From Phoronis australis (Eukaryota; Animalia; Phoronida): a stretch of DNA of 64,000 nt. The notes below the pieces were generated by a model. It was not told the origin of the DNA. It saw nothing but the letters and a program-made list of their open reading frames with translations, and searched no databases. The stretch spans positions 1 to 64,000 of the forward strand of contig NMRA01000979.1 of the NCBI GenBank assembly GCA_002633005.1, given 5' to 3'. Every line of letters begins with the position of its first letter. Positions within the stretch are counted from its first letter, which is position 1. The position numbers and the translations under genes are program-made. This document shows positions 44,201 to 56,200 of this stretch, one piece after another.

Positions 44201-47200
44201 TTTACAAGGTTAACTTTACATTTTTAAATTTTATTTCCGTTGTTGGTCAGTGTTCGAACATCACCGAATAAGTGTGCTGACACGCCGTGCCAGTTAGTCT
44301 GAAAATTTACTGGCCTGGCTGCCAAATTGCTTTTAAATGTTACTGACCCAGCTGCAAATCCAATGGCCCCGGGCCAGGCCACCGTGTATTTCGAACACTG
44401 GTGTAGGTACAACAGATAATATTCACTGTCAAATCACCTGGGTAACAGGTAAACATTCTAGAAATCAATTATTTTTGAAACAATTGAAATGAGTAACAGG
44501 GTATGCAAAAACAAACTAACCCTAACCCTAAAACTTTAATTCTTTAAATACATTGAACACATCGAAAATGGGAAGGAGTTCGTCCTCTCTCAAGATTATT
44601 TTTCCAAATTTTATTAAAATCCGTTAAAGAACTCCAAAGATACAAAGGCGAACGTTAAAAAAATACCAAATGCCGTCGCCGTCGTTGTCTGTTGTCAACT
44701 TCATATCAATACACTTGCCAAACATAATGAAAATCCTGCATAGAGATGCAGCAACATATGCAAAACACTGTCACAAGAGGTACATCGGTAGTCCGAATGG
44801 TCCGAAAATCATTATCAGTCATTCGCTTCAAAATGCCAGTGGTTTATTTGATATAGCGTCGGAGGCCAACAAACAGACCAGAAGACAGTAAAAATGGCCA
44901 CTATTTGACGCAAAATACGTCGAGCCTACCCGAAAACGGGAAAATGTCATCAATTACCAAATTTAATAAAAATCCGTCAAGAAACTTCAGAGAAACAGAG
45001 GGATACGGAAGAAAATGAAACTGCCACTAACGTGAACAAAGTTCTTAGAATCCGTCTGAAAGTCGTCGTCGTCCGTTTTCAAATTCATAAAAATACACCC
45101 GTAAGTTCAATAAAAATCCTGCAATGAGCTAAGGAGATAAAGCTATGGGCGCAATTACAGAACCACACTGCCACTAGGAGGCACCACAGTAGTCGAAGTC
45201 GTCCAAAATCATCGTCAGCGATCCTCTTCACCTTAGGAACATATATCCCTGTTTTCACAATCATCCCTAGAGTGGTTTGGTTAGTAGAGGGGTGGACGCC
45301 AAACAACAGACTGGGAAACAGTAAAAATGGCTAATAGGTGGTGGAAAATACCCGGAATCCATACGAAAACAGGAGGATAGCGTCATCCATTACAAGATGT
45401 CGATGTTCCGAATTTCATGAAAATCCGTTGAAAACTTTGGAAGATGCAGAGGTAAACGTAAGAAATGTAAATTACAATTAGGAGACGCACAGGTTGTAAG
45501 ATCAGTCCGAAATTCGCCGTCATCATAGAAATACATCTGACAAATCTTATCAAGATCCTGAGGGGCTTAGAAGATTAGCTGCGGACGCCCAGCGGACGAT
45601 AGACACCCACACGCCCGCCAGACAAAGATGAAGGTAATACGCACCCACATATAAATGGGGTAGGTGCATAATAATATAACAAAGGCGACATCTTTGACTG
45701 TGTGTACTGCCTGTCGTCTAAACCTGTATTTTATCAGAAATTTCGACCTTTTGAAATTTGATCGTGGTTTGTTAGCACACTGAAAGCTGGCCCAATGAGT
45801 TCAGGGTCTTGGAAATATCAAATTTCATCCCCGATCTGTCATCAGTTTCACAAGTCAAACATCAGTCACCAGAAGAATTTTGTAGTCGTAAAACTAAAAC
45901 AGTTAATACAACGGCAACCGCTCTACGTACGCATTAAACTTGCAGAAAGGCAACTTTCGATTATTTATTTTCTGCAGTTTACATGCAGGTTCAAATAAAA
46001 ACAAAACTAGATACTTTTAACAGAGAGGACGGCTACACAGTTACGGAGATTTTTTGAAGTTTTTGTCTGGTTTTGCATTCTTTTAGGATTAGGAAAATAA
46101 ATAAAATAGTTACTTGAATGGTATCAAAATCGAGAGTAAAATCTGAAGAAACGTAATTTAAATTATGGAACATTTACGATTGTCAGTTTGAATGAGTTTT
46201 TATGTGCCTGGTACATCTCGTCAACGTTGACGCAAATCCACATTCAATCTACATGTAATACCTGAACACAAGCTCACGTTGCAATGCTTCCACCGAACAG
46301 AAACAAGGTAACACCACGGTCCACCTTCCGTGTCGTCAGGATTCCGACAGAAATTTTCATGGGATTTCGGTTTCTTAGTGCTTTTCCACATTTTACATTT
46401 TTCGCCATTGCTTGCTGTGTTGACTTTGCCCATGTAATCCTTCCCGAGTTCTGTATACTTGCAATCATCTAAATTGACATTGTTTAAAAGCGAGGCATTT
46501 ATCATTGTGCATTCATCTCACGGACGACACTGAACAACAAACATCTTGGCGATCTTTTGAGATACTATTCTGAAGAGTTTAATAAAAATGTCATGTTGAA
46601 AATTAGAATTCATATACAACGTGTCATTATTGATAAAATTGATGTCAGAGACAACCCAACGCAGACAATTCAAAACTGTTTAGCTAAATCAAATAAATCA
46701 ACAATGTAGGACAACGTAACATTCAAAATAGGCTTAAAAAATCACAGTGCCACCTAGCACTAAGTTGAGTTACCATAAATTCACCGAGACAATAAAGAAA
46801 AGTTGACATTTGTTCAGTTAAAAGAGGTGCAAGATGGTGTAAGGTGTTCATGGAAAATATGCTTACATTTTTATTCAACGTTTTCTTGGTTATAGATTAT
46901 GGGTCTGGGTAAAAGAAAACCAAGATTTGCTTATGGTTTGATAACCTTTTAAGCTCAGACAGTTCCGTTATAGCCTTGGACAATCGTACGAATAGAATCG
47001 TATAATCCTAGTCAAATCATAATCGTATCGTAATAACATCGTAATTACAAAATGTGCATCATAGTCATATCGTTATCACATCTTAATTACAACGTAATCA
47101 AGTGCACCTCTTCCCGACAAAGGCGATTTGTAAAAAAATGGCCACGGTTGTTTAAAACTATTTTAGTAAAAGGTTCTGTGGTGATTGGCAAAAGAACAGG

Positions 47201-50200
47201 TCACCTAAGGCAAGTGAAATTAAAGAAATTACACAGCAAGTGCCACTACAAAAACACTCACGAGAGCCGTTTCCACTGGTTATGTGTATCCCGTGAACAA
47301 CGAAGGTTCCATTGAATTCCGCTCTCCACCACGGATTTTGCAGATGACTTCTCTTCAATGTATGTGAACAAGACTTTCCCTTCAAGAAGTCTGTAGAATG
47401 ACTGCCATCAATGGCCTTCCCGGCGTCAGCAGTGAAACTGAACGAGTGAGAAACAAGACTCAGCGTCGACGACTGGTCAGCTTTAGAGAGAGGAATTTTA
47501 CCTACATTTGAACAAAACAGGTATTGTACGCATGCTTTCTGTAAACAAGGTAACTGGTGAATAGATGAAGACAGGCCGGAGAAAGTAATTACAACTTGAT
47601 ACGCATGTTTCCCTAAATTTTAAAAATAAAAGCGATATCTGAGGTTGTTACAGTGATCCAAAATACAGCACCGGCAGCTATCAAACAAAGAAATATTCGG
47701 ATAATTAAGGGGAAATCTAGTATATGCAAAAATAACATATTCCATACGTGCGCACTTCTTGACTCCCACGCCATTTTACCAAATGTACATTTGTCGAAAA
47801 GTTATGTTCGTGAGTTGAGAAACGACGTCAAAAGTAAAGAAAAAACAAATTTCGTCACTTTCAATTCAACTACTTGCTTATGTTTTACTAAAATGAGCAA
47901 GGAAAGGGCAGTAGTCGTCGAGAATTTCAACTAGCGCAAGTGGAAACAGAAAATGGAGTCGTTTTTTTCGGTAAAAGGTCGAGCAATGAAGCAATTCGCA
48001 TGGTACCAACTTGAAGATCGGTAAGTGGACTTCCTGGCATGCAAATCAAAATCTCCCGACCATAGAATCACCCTGACCATCAACTAAAACACTGCACATC
48101 ACTGGTTGCAAAAATGACAACAATTCAAAAATATTGTCCATTACAACACGATTTTTTAATTCTTCCACTGTGGTTGTCGGGCAAAATAATCCACCCTTAA
48201 CGATGTCGCCGAGTATATGCTACTAACAAACGAAAGCCATTGAAACGTTAGCAGAGGAATCCGATTATATTTGCTGTCGGGTACAGTAAGGTATTACCAT
48301 AGTGGGGGCTCACAACCCTAGAATACAAGTTAGTCTTGCTTCCAGTAGCCGTGAAGACGTTTACACCAGTGTGTATATGAAACTCCTTGTAGTCTAGTCT
48401 GCTTGATATTGACTGGACTTCTGACGGTGATAACGTTGAGACACTTGCATCATACACGCTGGCTGATATGAGGTCAGTGGCTAGGTCAACGTTACTTCCG
48501 CCGTAGACGCGGACAGTTCCGGAACCCATTGACGAAAGTGTACTCAGACGGTAGAGTGGCTCTGAAAATTTTTTATGAGATATTTTATCCGTATGTGAGG
48601 CTACTCGCGCTCAGGTCATTAGAACGTGTATCAATTGCGTCATTAAATAATAAAAACAAATTGATAAAATGAAAAGTAAAATTAGTTAAAGATACATGGA
48701 ACGCGAAAAACAGACTCAATTGGAATATTGGAAGTGGTTCCGTGACACTAAAATGGAATTGAACCTGCTCACACGGTGTTTTTAAGGTTAGTTCGTAATG
48801 GTTTTTAATTTCTGTTGATATAAAACCATTTTCTTTTAGTTTCAAATTTCAGAAAAAAAAAACAATTTGTAAACTGCTCGCCCCTTCGCCTATTTTCTTC
48901 TACAAGGCAAAGCAGACATCCTTATTTGTTATGGCAAGACACAGACGTAGCACACTCCCCTAATATGGAAAATGTGATCTTTGACCTCAATGGACTTCAA
49001 GCATTTAACTGTGAGCGCATGCATGTACTTATCATGAGTGGGAGGTAGATTACAAATTCTGTGGTGACCACAGAGCCATTCCTTCGTGCATGGTTCAACC
49101 GTGCGCGCACCCAGGGTGGGGGGGGGGGGGGGNNNNNNNNNNNNNNNNNNNNNNNNNNNNNNNNNNNNNNNNNNNNNNNNNNNNNNNNNNNNNNNNNNNN
49201 NNNNNNNNNNNNNNNNNNNNNNNNNNNNNNNNNNNNNNNNNNNNNNNNNNNNNNNNNNNNNNNNNNNNNNNNNNNNNNNNNNNNNNNNNNNNNNNNNNNN
49301 NNNNNNNNNNNNNNNNNNNNNNNNNNNNNNNNNNNNNNNNNNNNNNNNNNNNNNNNNNNNNNNNNNNNNNNNNNNNNNNNNNNNNNNNNNNNNNNNNNNN
49401 NNNNNNNNNNNNNNNNNNNNNNNNNNNNNNNNNNNNNNNNNNNNNNNNNNNNNNNNNNNNNNNNNNNNNNNNNNNNNNNNNNNNNNNNNNNNNNNNNNNN
49501 NNNNNNNNNNNNNNNNNNNNNNNNNNNNNNNNNNNNNNNNNNNNNNNNNNNNNNNNNNNNNNNNNNNNNNNNNNNNNNNNNNNNNNNNNNNNNNNNNNNN
49601 NNNNNNNNNNNNNNNNNNNNNNNNNNNNNNNNNNNNNNNNNNNNNNNNNNNNNNNNNNNNNNNNNNNNNNNNNNNNNNNNNNNNNNNNNNNNNNNNNNNN
49701 NNNNNNNNNNNNNNNNNNNNNNNNNNNNNNNNNNNNNNNNNNNNNNNNNNNNNNNNNNNNNNNNNNNNNNNNNNNNNNNNNNNNNNNNNNNNNNNNNNNN
49801 NNNNNNNNNNNNNNNNNNNNNNNNNNNNNNNNNNNNNNNNNNNNNNNNNNNNNNNNNNNNNNNNNNNNNNNNNNNNNNNNNNNNNNNNNNNNNNNNNNNN
49901 NNNNNNNNNNNNTTTTTTAAATGATAGTTTTAAGTGTAGAATGTATTTTTGACGAGGTGAAAACTCGAAATCGGTAACACAAATCCGGTCACGACCCGTT
50001 TGAAATACACTGAAGTAACGAAATGAGTACAGAAAGCGAATGGAAGTATTGTAGCCCCTAGATGGCCCCGCGTTGGTTTGAATGCGCTAAATCTCCCCTT
50101 ACTCCCAGCTCTCCTAATGTTGTTTATCCATTTTTCACGAAATTCTTGGCTTGCAGGGAACTCATAAAATTCAGATTTTTATCTCTCTTGTTGTTTTTGA

Positions 50201-53200
50201 AGCAGCCAGGAACACAACAAGTGTATCCGCCGTAAGTTTTCTTCGCGCTCACCGCTTATTATGCTTGTTACTATGGCCGCTTTCGGAATCCTGACCACAG
50301 CACCCACAATGCACCATTTTAACCTAATTTCAATATGGCGTCGCTGCAAATCCGCTATTGTCCGAGCATAATTTTGTTGTTAATATTAGGTAAAAAGTCA
50401 GAAGTCGAAAGCATATGAAATTTAAACCAGAATAACTAAAGTCAAATTGATGGAAGATAATAAATAATGGTCGTTTTTTGAATCAGTTTTCACTTAATTC
50501 ACAGTGAATAAAAATTAATTCGGTCACTTACCAATCTTTCTGGCCGACACGAAACGTTTGCATTTCCATCGGTAATGATACCTGTAAACAATTTGTTGAA
50601 CGAATAATGCTCCATCCGACCGTAACATTTACTGTACGTGATGTATTTATGATAGTTAGTGGCATTTGTTTCGAAATTATCCATTCACGGTTTTTATAAT
50701 GCAGTCATAGAAGTCATGTGATACCGGTCCGTCGGAAAGCATTTAACATTTTTGACGGATGGGCCAAGCTGCTACTGAGTGCTTGAAACGTGATATTGAG
50801 CAACGGGATAGAAAGAAAATTGTGCAATCTTGCAACCTCTCCCCGTCAGCTTTTCTTCTCTCCACAAAAGTTTACACATCCACTTGCCGATCGTAATAAA
50901 GTCGTAACCCTATTGCGACCAACTTCCCGTGCCCAACACCGCGTCAACTTAACCTTTACGATTCAGTTAATTTTCAGAAAACATTTTCCGGTAACGTCAT
51001 TTTAAATAATGACTTCTGGGGGACTATTGGATGCTAAATGTTTTTAAGACTCATAAAGGTTTTTTAGAAAATTATCCGCAACAACAAATAACATATTATG
51101 ATTTATAATGATACTGAACCATATTTTATTGTGTTGACCCCAAATGTTTCTTTCTCCTGATATTGTGTTATTGGTGTATCCCTGGAGGTTGGACGTAATG
51201 TTCAGCCAAAACATTATGTTCACATTTTCATACACGGGTTCGCTTGTTAGAGGCGCACGACCACTCTGATCTTCCCACAGTCTTAAATCAACTCACCAGA
51301 GCCGTTAGTCACGCTTTTAATTTAGATCATTTATAAAAGACAGGTGGAGCTTCAATCAAACGGTTGAAGATTGTCCGGCGAAGGTCAACACAACATTATT
51401 TTTTTCAAAGCTTTTGTGTTGTGTTTCATTATTATCCGTCAAGAGTAAACATCCAAGGGCAGTGTCCTTTTATCTGATCGAAGCAATGCTTTGATTTGAC
51501 ATGTGACTATTAACCTAACTTGAGTTCCACTTTATTATGGAGCATTAATTGAAAGTCAAGTACCAGAAAAAGTAGGCTGTGTCAACTAGTAAAAGTACAT
51601 ATTTTCTAAAAGAAAAAAGATCACGGATTATAAGAAAAACTATACTTACATATCATTTTATTATAACTGGACCTCTTTTTAAGTGAAATTTTTTAAGTGA
51701 AACTTTTAAGGAAAATTCCTTTAAGTAAAAACTTGCCGATAACTCTAAACAACTCTGTTAGGAACTTTCGATGACCCATTTAGTTTAGTTTCTGCGCCAA
51801 ATTAACTCGCAAAAACTAAGGCATTTTGGCAAAAAAACAACAGTCGTAGTCGTCTGTAGCACCGTCGTTTAAAAATTCCTAACAAGGTTTTTGTGTTAAC
51901 ATTGGGAAGATTCAGTGAAGTCGACACTTCATTGTTGTAGGCAACTTTTGAAAGTCGTACCGGGAAGACTGATATTAAGAAACCAAGTACGACATGATCA
52001 ACATCCAGAATTAAAGCGCAGAGAGAGTTAGAGAACGAAAAAGTGAAACGTCAAATTTCCGATGAAATTAATTACTTTGGGTGAGGATTTACCTTTTGTC
52101 ACAACTCGCTGCTTTCGTGAAAAGAAAGTGCCTGATGCCGTGCGGCGGAATAGTATGCACGCAAACCCGTAACTCCATCAGTATCAAAACCATGATTTGT
52201 CGCCATTTTCCGAGGCATCTTTCTATGCTATACACATCTCGTTGAATGAAGAATATGTCAATGAATAAAAGGACTGTGAAGTCTGGAGATTCGATTTGAG
52301 TGTCGGCTCAATAACTTTTGAACTTCGATTAAGTTGCCAACAAATTCCCACGCGGTTCAAGTGGGTCGGGGAAATAGAATTTTTCCTACCATAAACAGAC
52401 AAGATGTGGATTTGCAAGTTAACTAGAAATGAGGATAACAGATTTATCAGGAATTCAATGTGGCAAAAAAAAATTTAAAAAAATAATATTGCATAGTCAT
52501 AGAAATAGTCCCAACGAACGTGTCAACATCGCAAAACAAAGGAGTCGTAATACGTACATGTGGACACATCAGCCGACCTCAAGAAATGCGAAATCATATA
52601 CATGCAACAACACCTTTTCCCAATTTTGTTAACCACCCATAGAGTTCAAGGGGTCGTAATGTTAACGTGTTATTTACCCGTAACTCCGTCCAGCGCCGTA
52701 ACGAAATGATGCGATATACGAAGTTCTAACTGGAGCTGTGCAAGTCGTCCATCTAACTGTTCTGTCAGAGTCGTTATCGCTCCAGGGCAAGATACGTCCG
52801 TCGTGCCACGCCGCACGACAGACTTTGGAGTCCTTTAGAAAAAATCGGATATAAGACATAGGTTTTAGACGTATACCAAAGGCCACTATAACAGAGTACC
52901 ATATAAAATTAATACAATATATGGTAATTTTATCCAAAATATTCAATTACGTTCGAATAACGATACACTGTGTGTGCACTGGGGCAAACGATCACTGGAG
53001 CAATAAGTGCGTGTACAGGTTATACCACATACATAGGAATACTACTGCCATATCCTATCTCCCATTCCTTTCATCTGGGAATGTCCCATCTCGACCGAAT
53101 TATCCCGCATATATGGACTTACAGGGCCGTAGGAAGAGGGGGAGGGGGCGGGGGGGCACGGGCCCCCCAAAAAATTTTCAGGCGTCTGGGTTAAACCGTG

Positions 53201-56200
53201 GCAACCGACATAGGCGTGGTGCCGGGGACAGTTGAGAAAAGAAAGACCGCGAAAAACGAATAAGAGAAAAAATTCAAGAGGACATTTAACAAATCAGCAT
53301 CAGTGCATGGTTTACCTTTTGAGGACCCTGTTCTCACTGTTCACAGCTGTCTAGGCTACTATTTATAATGATCGTGTACATGTCGAAAGGGGTACACCAT
53401 AGACATCTTAATACTATGGAGCGGGCGCACGCGCTACTGCAGCTGACAACTTGACGCCATATTGGAGAGTGCTACTAGTCACGTGACACGGATATTTGCC
53501 ATGTAAACAAACGGGGTAAATTGTCTTTTTCAAAGCGCGATATCCAACAAATAAAGAGGCCGAAGAGTGTGATTTTCTCCAGAAACATACATGTACAAAA
53601 CATGTGATGTAGCACTTACATGCGTTTTTTTAGAGTTAATCAGTCGATAAGGAAAAAATCGAACTATTAGAATATCGCAACCAGTGGATACTCGAGTGGC
53701 CTGAGCGTGTTAATCCACTGCGAGCGTTTTATTTGTTTTCTTTTTTTCAAGAGAAACCAGTAAGATCACGCAAACTTATCAGTTAATTCGTGTCGCTCGT
53801 TGCAAATACATTATATCCAGGGGACGCGCTGCTCACTTGGGACGTACTTTTGTGTGCCCCAATAAGCCTTAGTTTTCAGTATTGGAAATGACCCGGGTAA
53901 CTACGTAAAATCAAAATACGACCCAGGTCGCATTTAAAGGGGGACCGTTTAAATTTAATGTGAACTACTGTTGGAGTCATATAGATAAATAACAGGTTTT
54001 TAAAGTTCATTAGGGAGTTCTCCCGTTCGACCAGACGTACAGCCGTTGTGAACGTGTGATAGTCTTAACATGGGTTGTATAGTTGGTCGATTTTGGTGAT
54101 TCAAAAACTTTAAGCATGACAAGTATTTGATGGGGAATTCAGAAATGCCATTCGTTTATGTTCAAACATTTTATAAGTTAACTTATTTTAACACCACAGC
54201 CCAGCTAGTCAATAAGATACGATCTTATTGGAGATTAGAGCAACTATCGAACAAAAGAGAGCTGACCCTCGAACCCTAATTGCCAGAATGGACTTAATCA
54301 GTCGTCGGTGTAAGCTATTGGCTAACAGTGGTCATCCGCCCAACTTGTGCTATACGGCAACCTAACAAGTTACACTAAAGGGGAGAACTCCGTAATCTAA
54401 AAACCATAGAACACAGACCCAATTCCTCTCCTGCGCATCGCTCGGGATTGCCAACGGACAAATATTCTTCTCTCACGCACGGTATTCCTCTCTCACGGAC
54501 CTGAATTCCCCCCGATCATTCACCAGGCACTTGTCGGCCTTTTGTAGTATCCCCACACCGTGTAATTGTGTGCTCACAAAGAGATCAGTTCCGCTCCTAT
54601 ACATTATTTCGAACCGTTCCTATCCACTCCCGCCCTTAACTGAATATGTACTGCGCGTCCCTCAGCCGCCGAGAAATTTAAAATAAATTCTTCTCCCACG
54701 CACGCTTGGCCTCAGTTCTCACGATTACAAATTTGACTTTCATAATAAGAACACTTGGCTGCGATAGGAAGATTCTTAACATGTGGCCAAGTATTTTGGA
54801 TTTGTCTTCATGCAGTTCAATAGTCAGATATTACATCTTGGCACGAGCAGAGTAAAAATGCCCAGTTGCCAAGTTGGGCAACTGAACGACGGACTGTTCG
54901 AAAAATTGTGATTGTTTTTGCTTCAGCCCAGCTTCTCTACATCATATTCCCGGTCTGCACGCCGTTCAGTACTTTCACTCTCTAATTGAGGCATATATTG
55001 AAAAAGCAAGATTTCCCTTGCCGCGCGTTAATCAGGTGACCCCCATACCTAAGCATCCGCGTATCGAACATTGTTGAAAGATCGCCAATTGCGGGTTTCG
55101 TGCCTGCTTATCCCAACCCCCTGTTGCAGAGGAACCCAGTGGCGGATTTAGAGGGGCCAAGACCCCTTTATCCCAGCTTCCATTTGACAGTTCGGGGTGC
55201 GAAAGTCCGACGGGCAAAATCCTGGCTAATACATGNNNNNNNNNNNNNNNNNNNNNNNNNNNNNNNNNNNNNNNNNNNNNNNNNNNNNNNNNNNNNNNNN
55301 NNNNNNNNNNNNNNNNNNNNNNNNNNNNNNNNNNNNNNNNNNNNNNNGCTCCAATGAGCCGAATGAGCCCCCATTTGACCAAGTGGGCAAAAGGTCCTTC
55401 TAAGAGAAACAAAAAGTCCGAGGAAATGAGACAAAAGTCGCGAATGCACAATGAGCGGGGTTGAACCAAGTACCCCATTTTTTAGTACTCATCGTCTTGC
55501 TCCAGTAACAGGTCCACATGTCCGCGAAATTCGAACCCCCTCTATATTTTAGGCTGGGTACGCGCATGTAATCCTCTGCCTTTGCCCCCCTAAATCAAAA
55601 TTTTTAATCCACCCCTGGAACCGTTGAATAATGACGGGTTTTCACGGACGGGAGGTCATTTTTTCATTGGCTAAAAATTCTTCACATTAAATTTAGACCC
55701 TGTGAAAAAATAGCCCCGGTCATTTTTCACGGAGTCATTACTTAATGCTACACCGACTCGGTTGGTTATATTTCCACTCGGTTTCGAGTGGGAAATTCTG
55801 TATTTTGTGTATACGTTGGATGCGCAATTCAGTCGTACAAGTTTCATATATTGGTTACTATAAATTTTACTTCTTTTGCGCAAGTTTTGAGTCACAAATA
55901 AAGAACTCGTAAGCAAGCAGTGCAAAACCACAAAATTTCCTATATCAAATTTAACACAAGTACAGATTTTGCAGGGGTATGTTTGTTTTAATACAACAGA
56001 AGAAATCTGATTTTGGAATACTTATTAAGAAATGAGTTTTTAAAACAGTATATGTTTCAACAGAGAATACATTCTTCACTTAGATGTACTGATTTTGATG
56101 GCTTGCGAGTAAGTTCGGGGATATTATTTTTCAGAACAATTAAAAATATATATGATTGTCATTGATACTGAATATTTATTTAAATATAATTAGCAAACAG

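Noticed and set aside
49061-49952. Long ORFs in the ORF track
   Set aside because: Artefacts of the N gap.
52093-52193. Possible first exon ([11 protein letters not shown]...) with a good donor
   Set aside because: No hydrophobic signal peptide; the LCCL exons upstream fit better.
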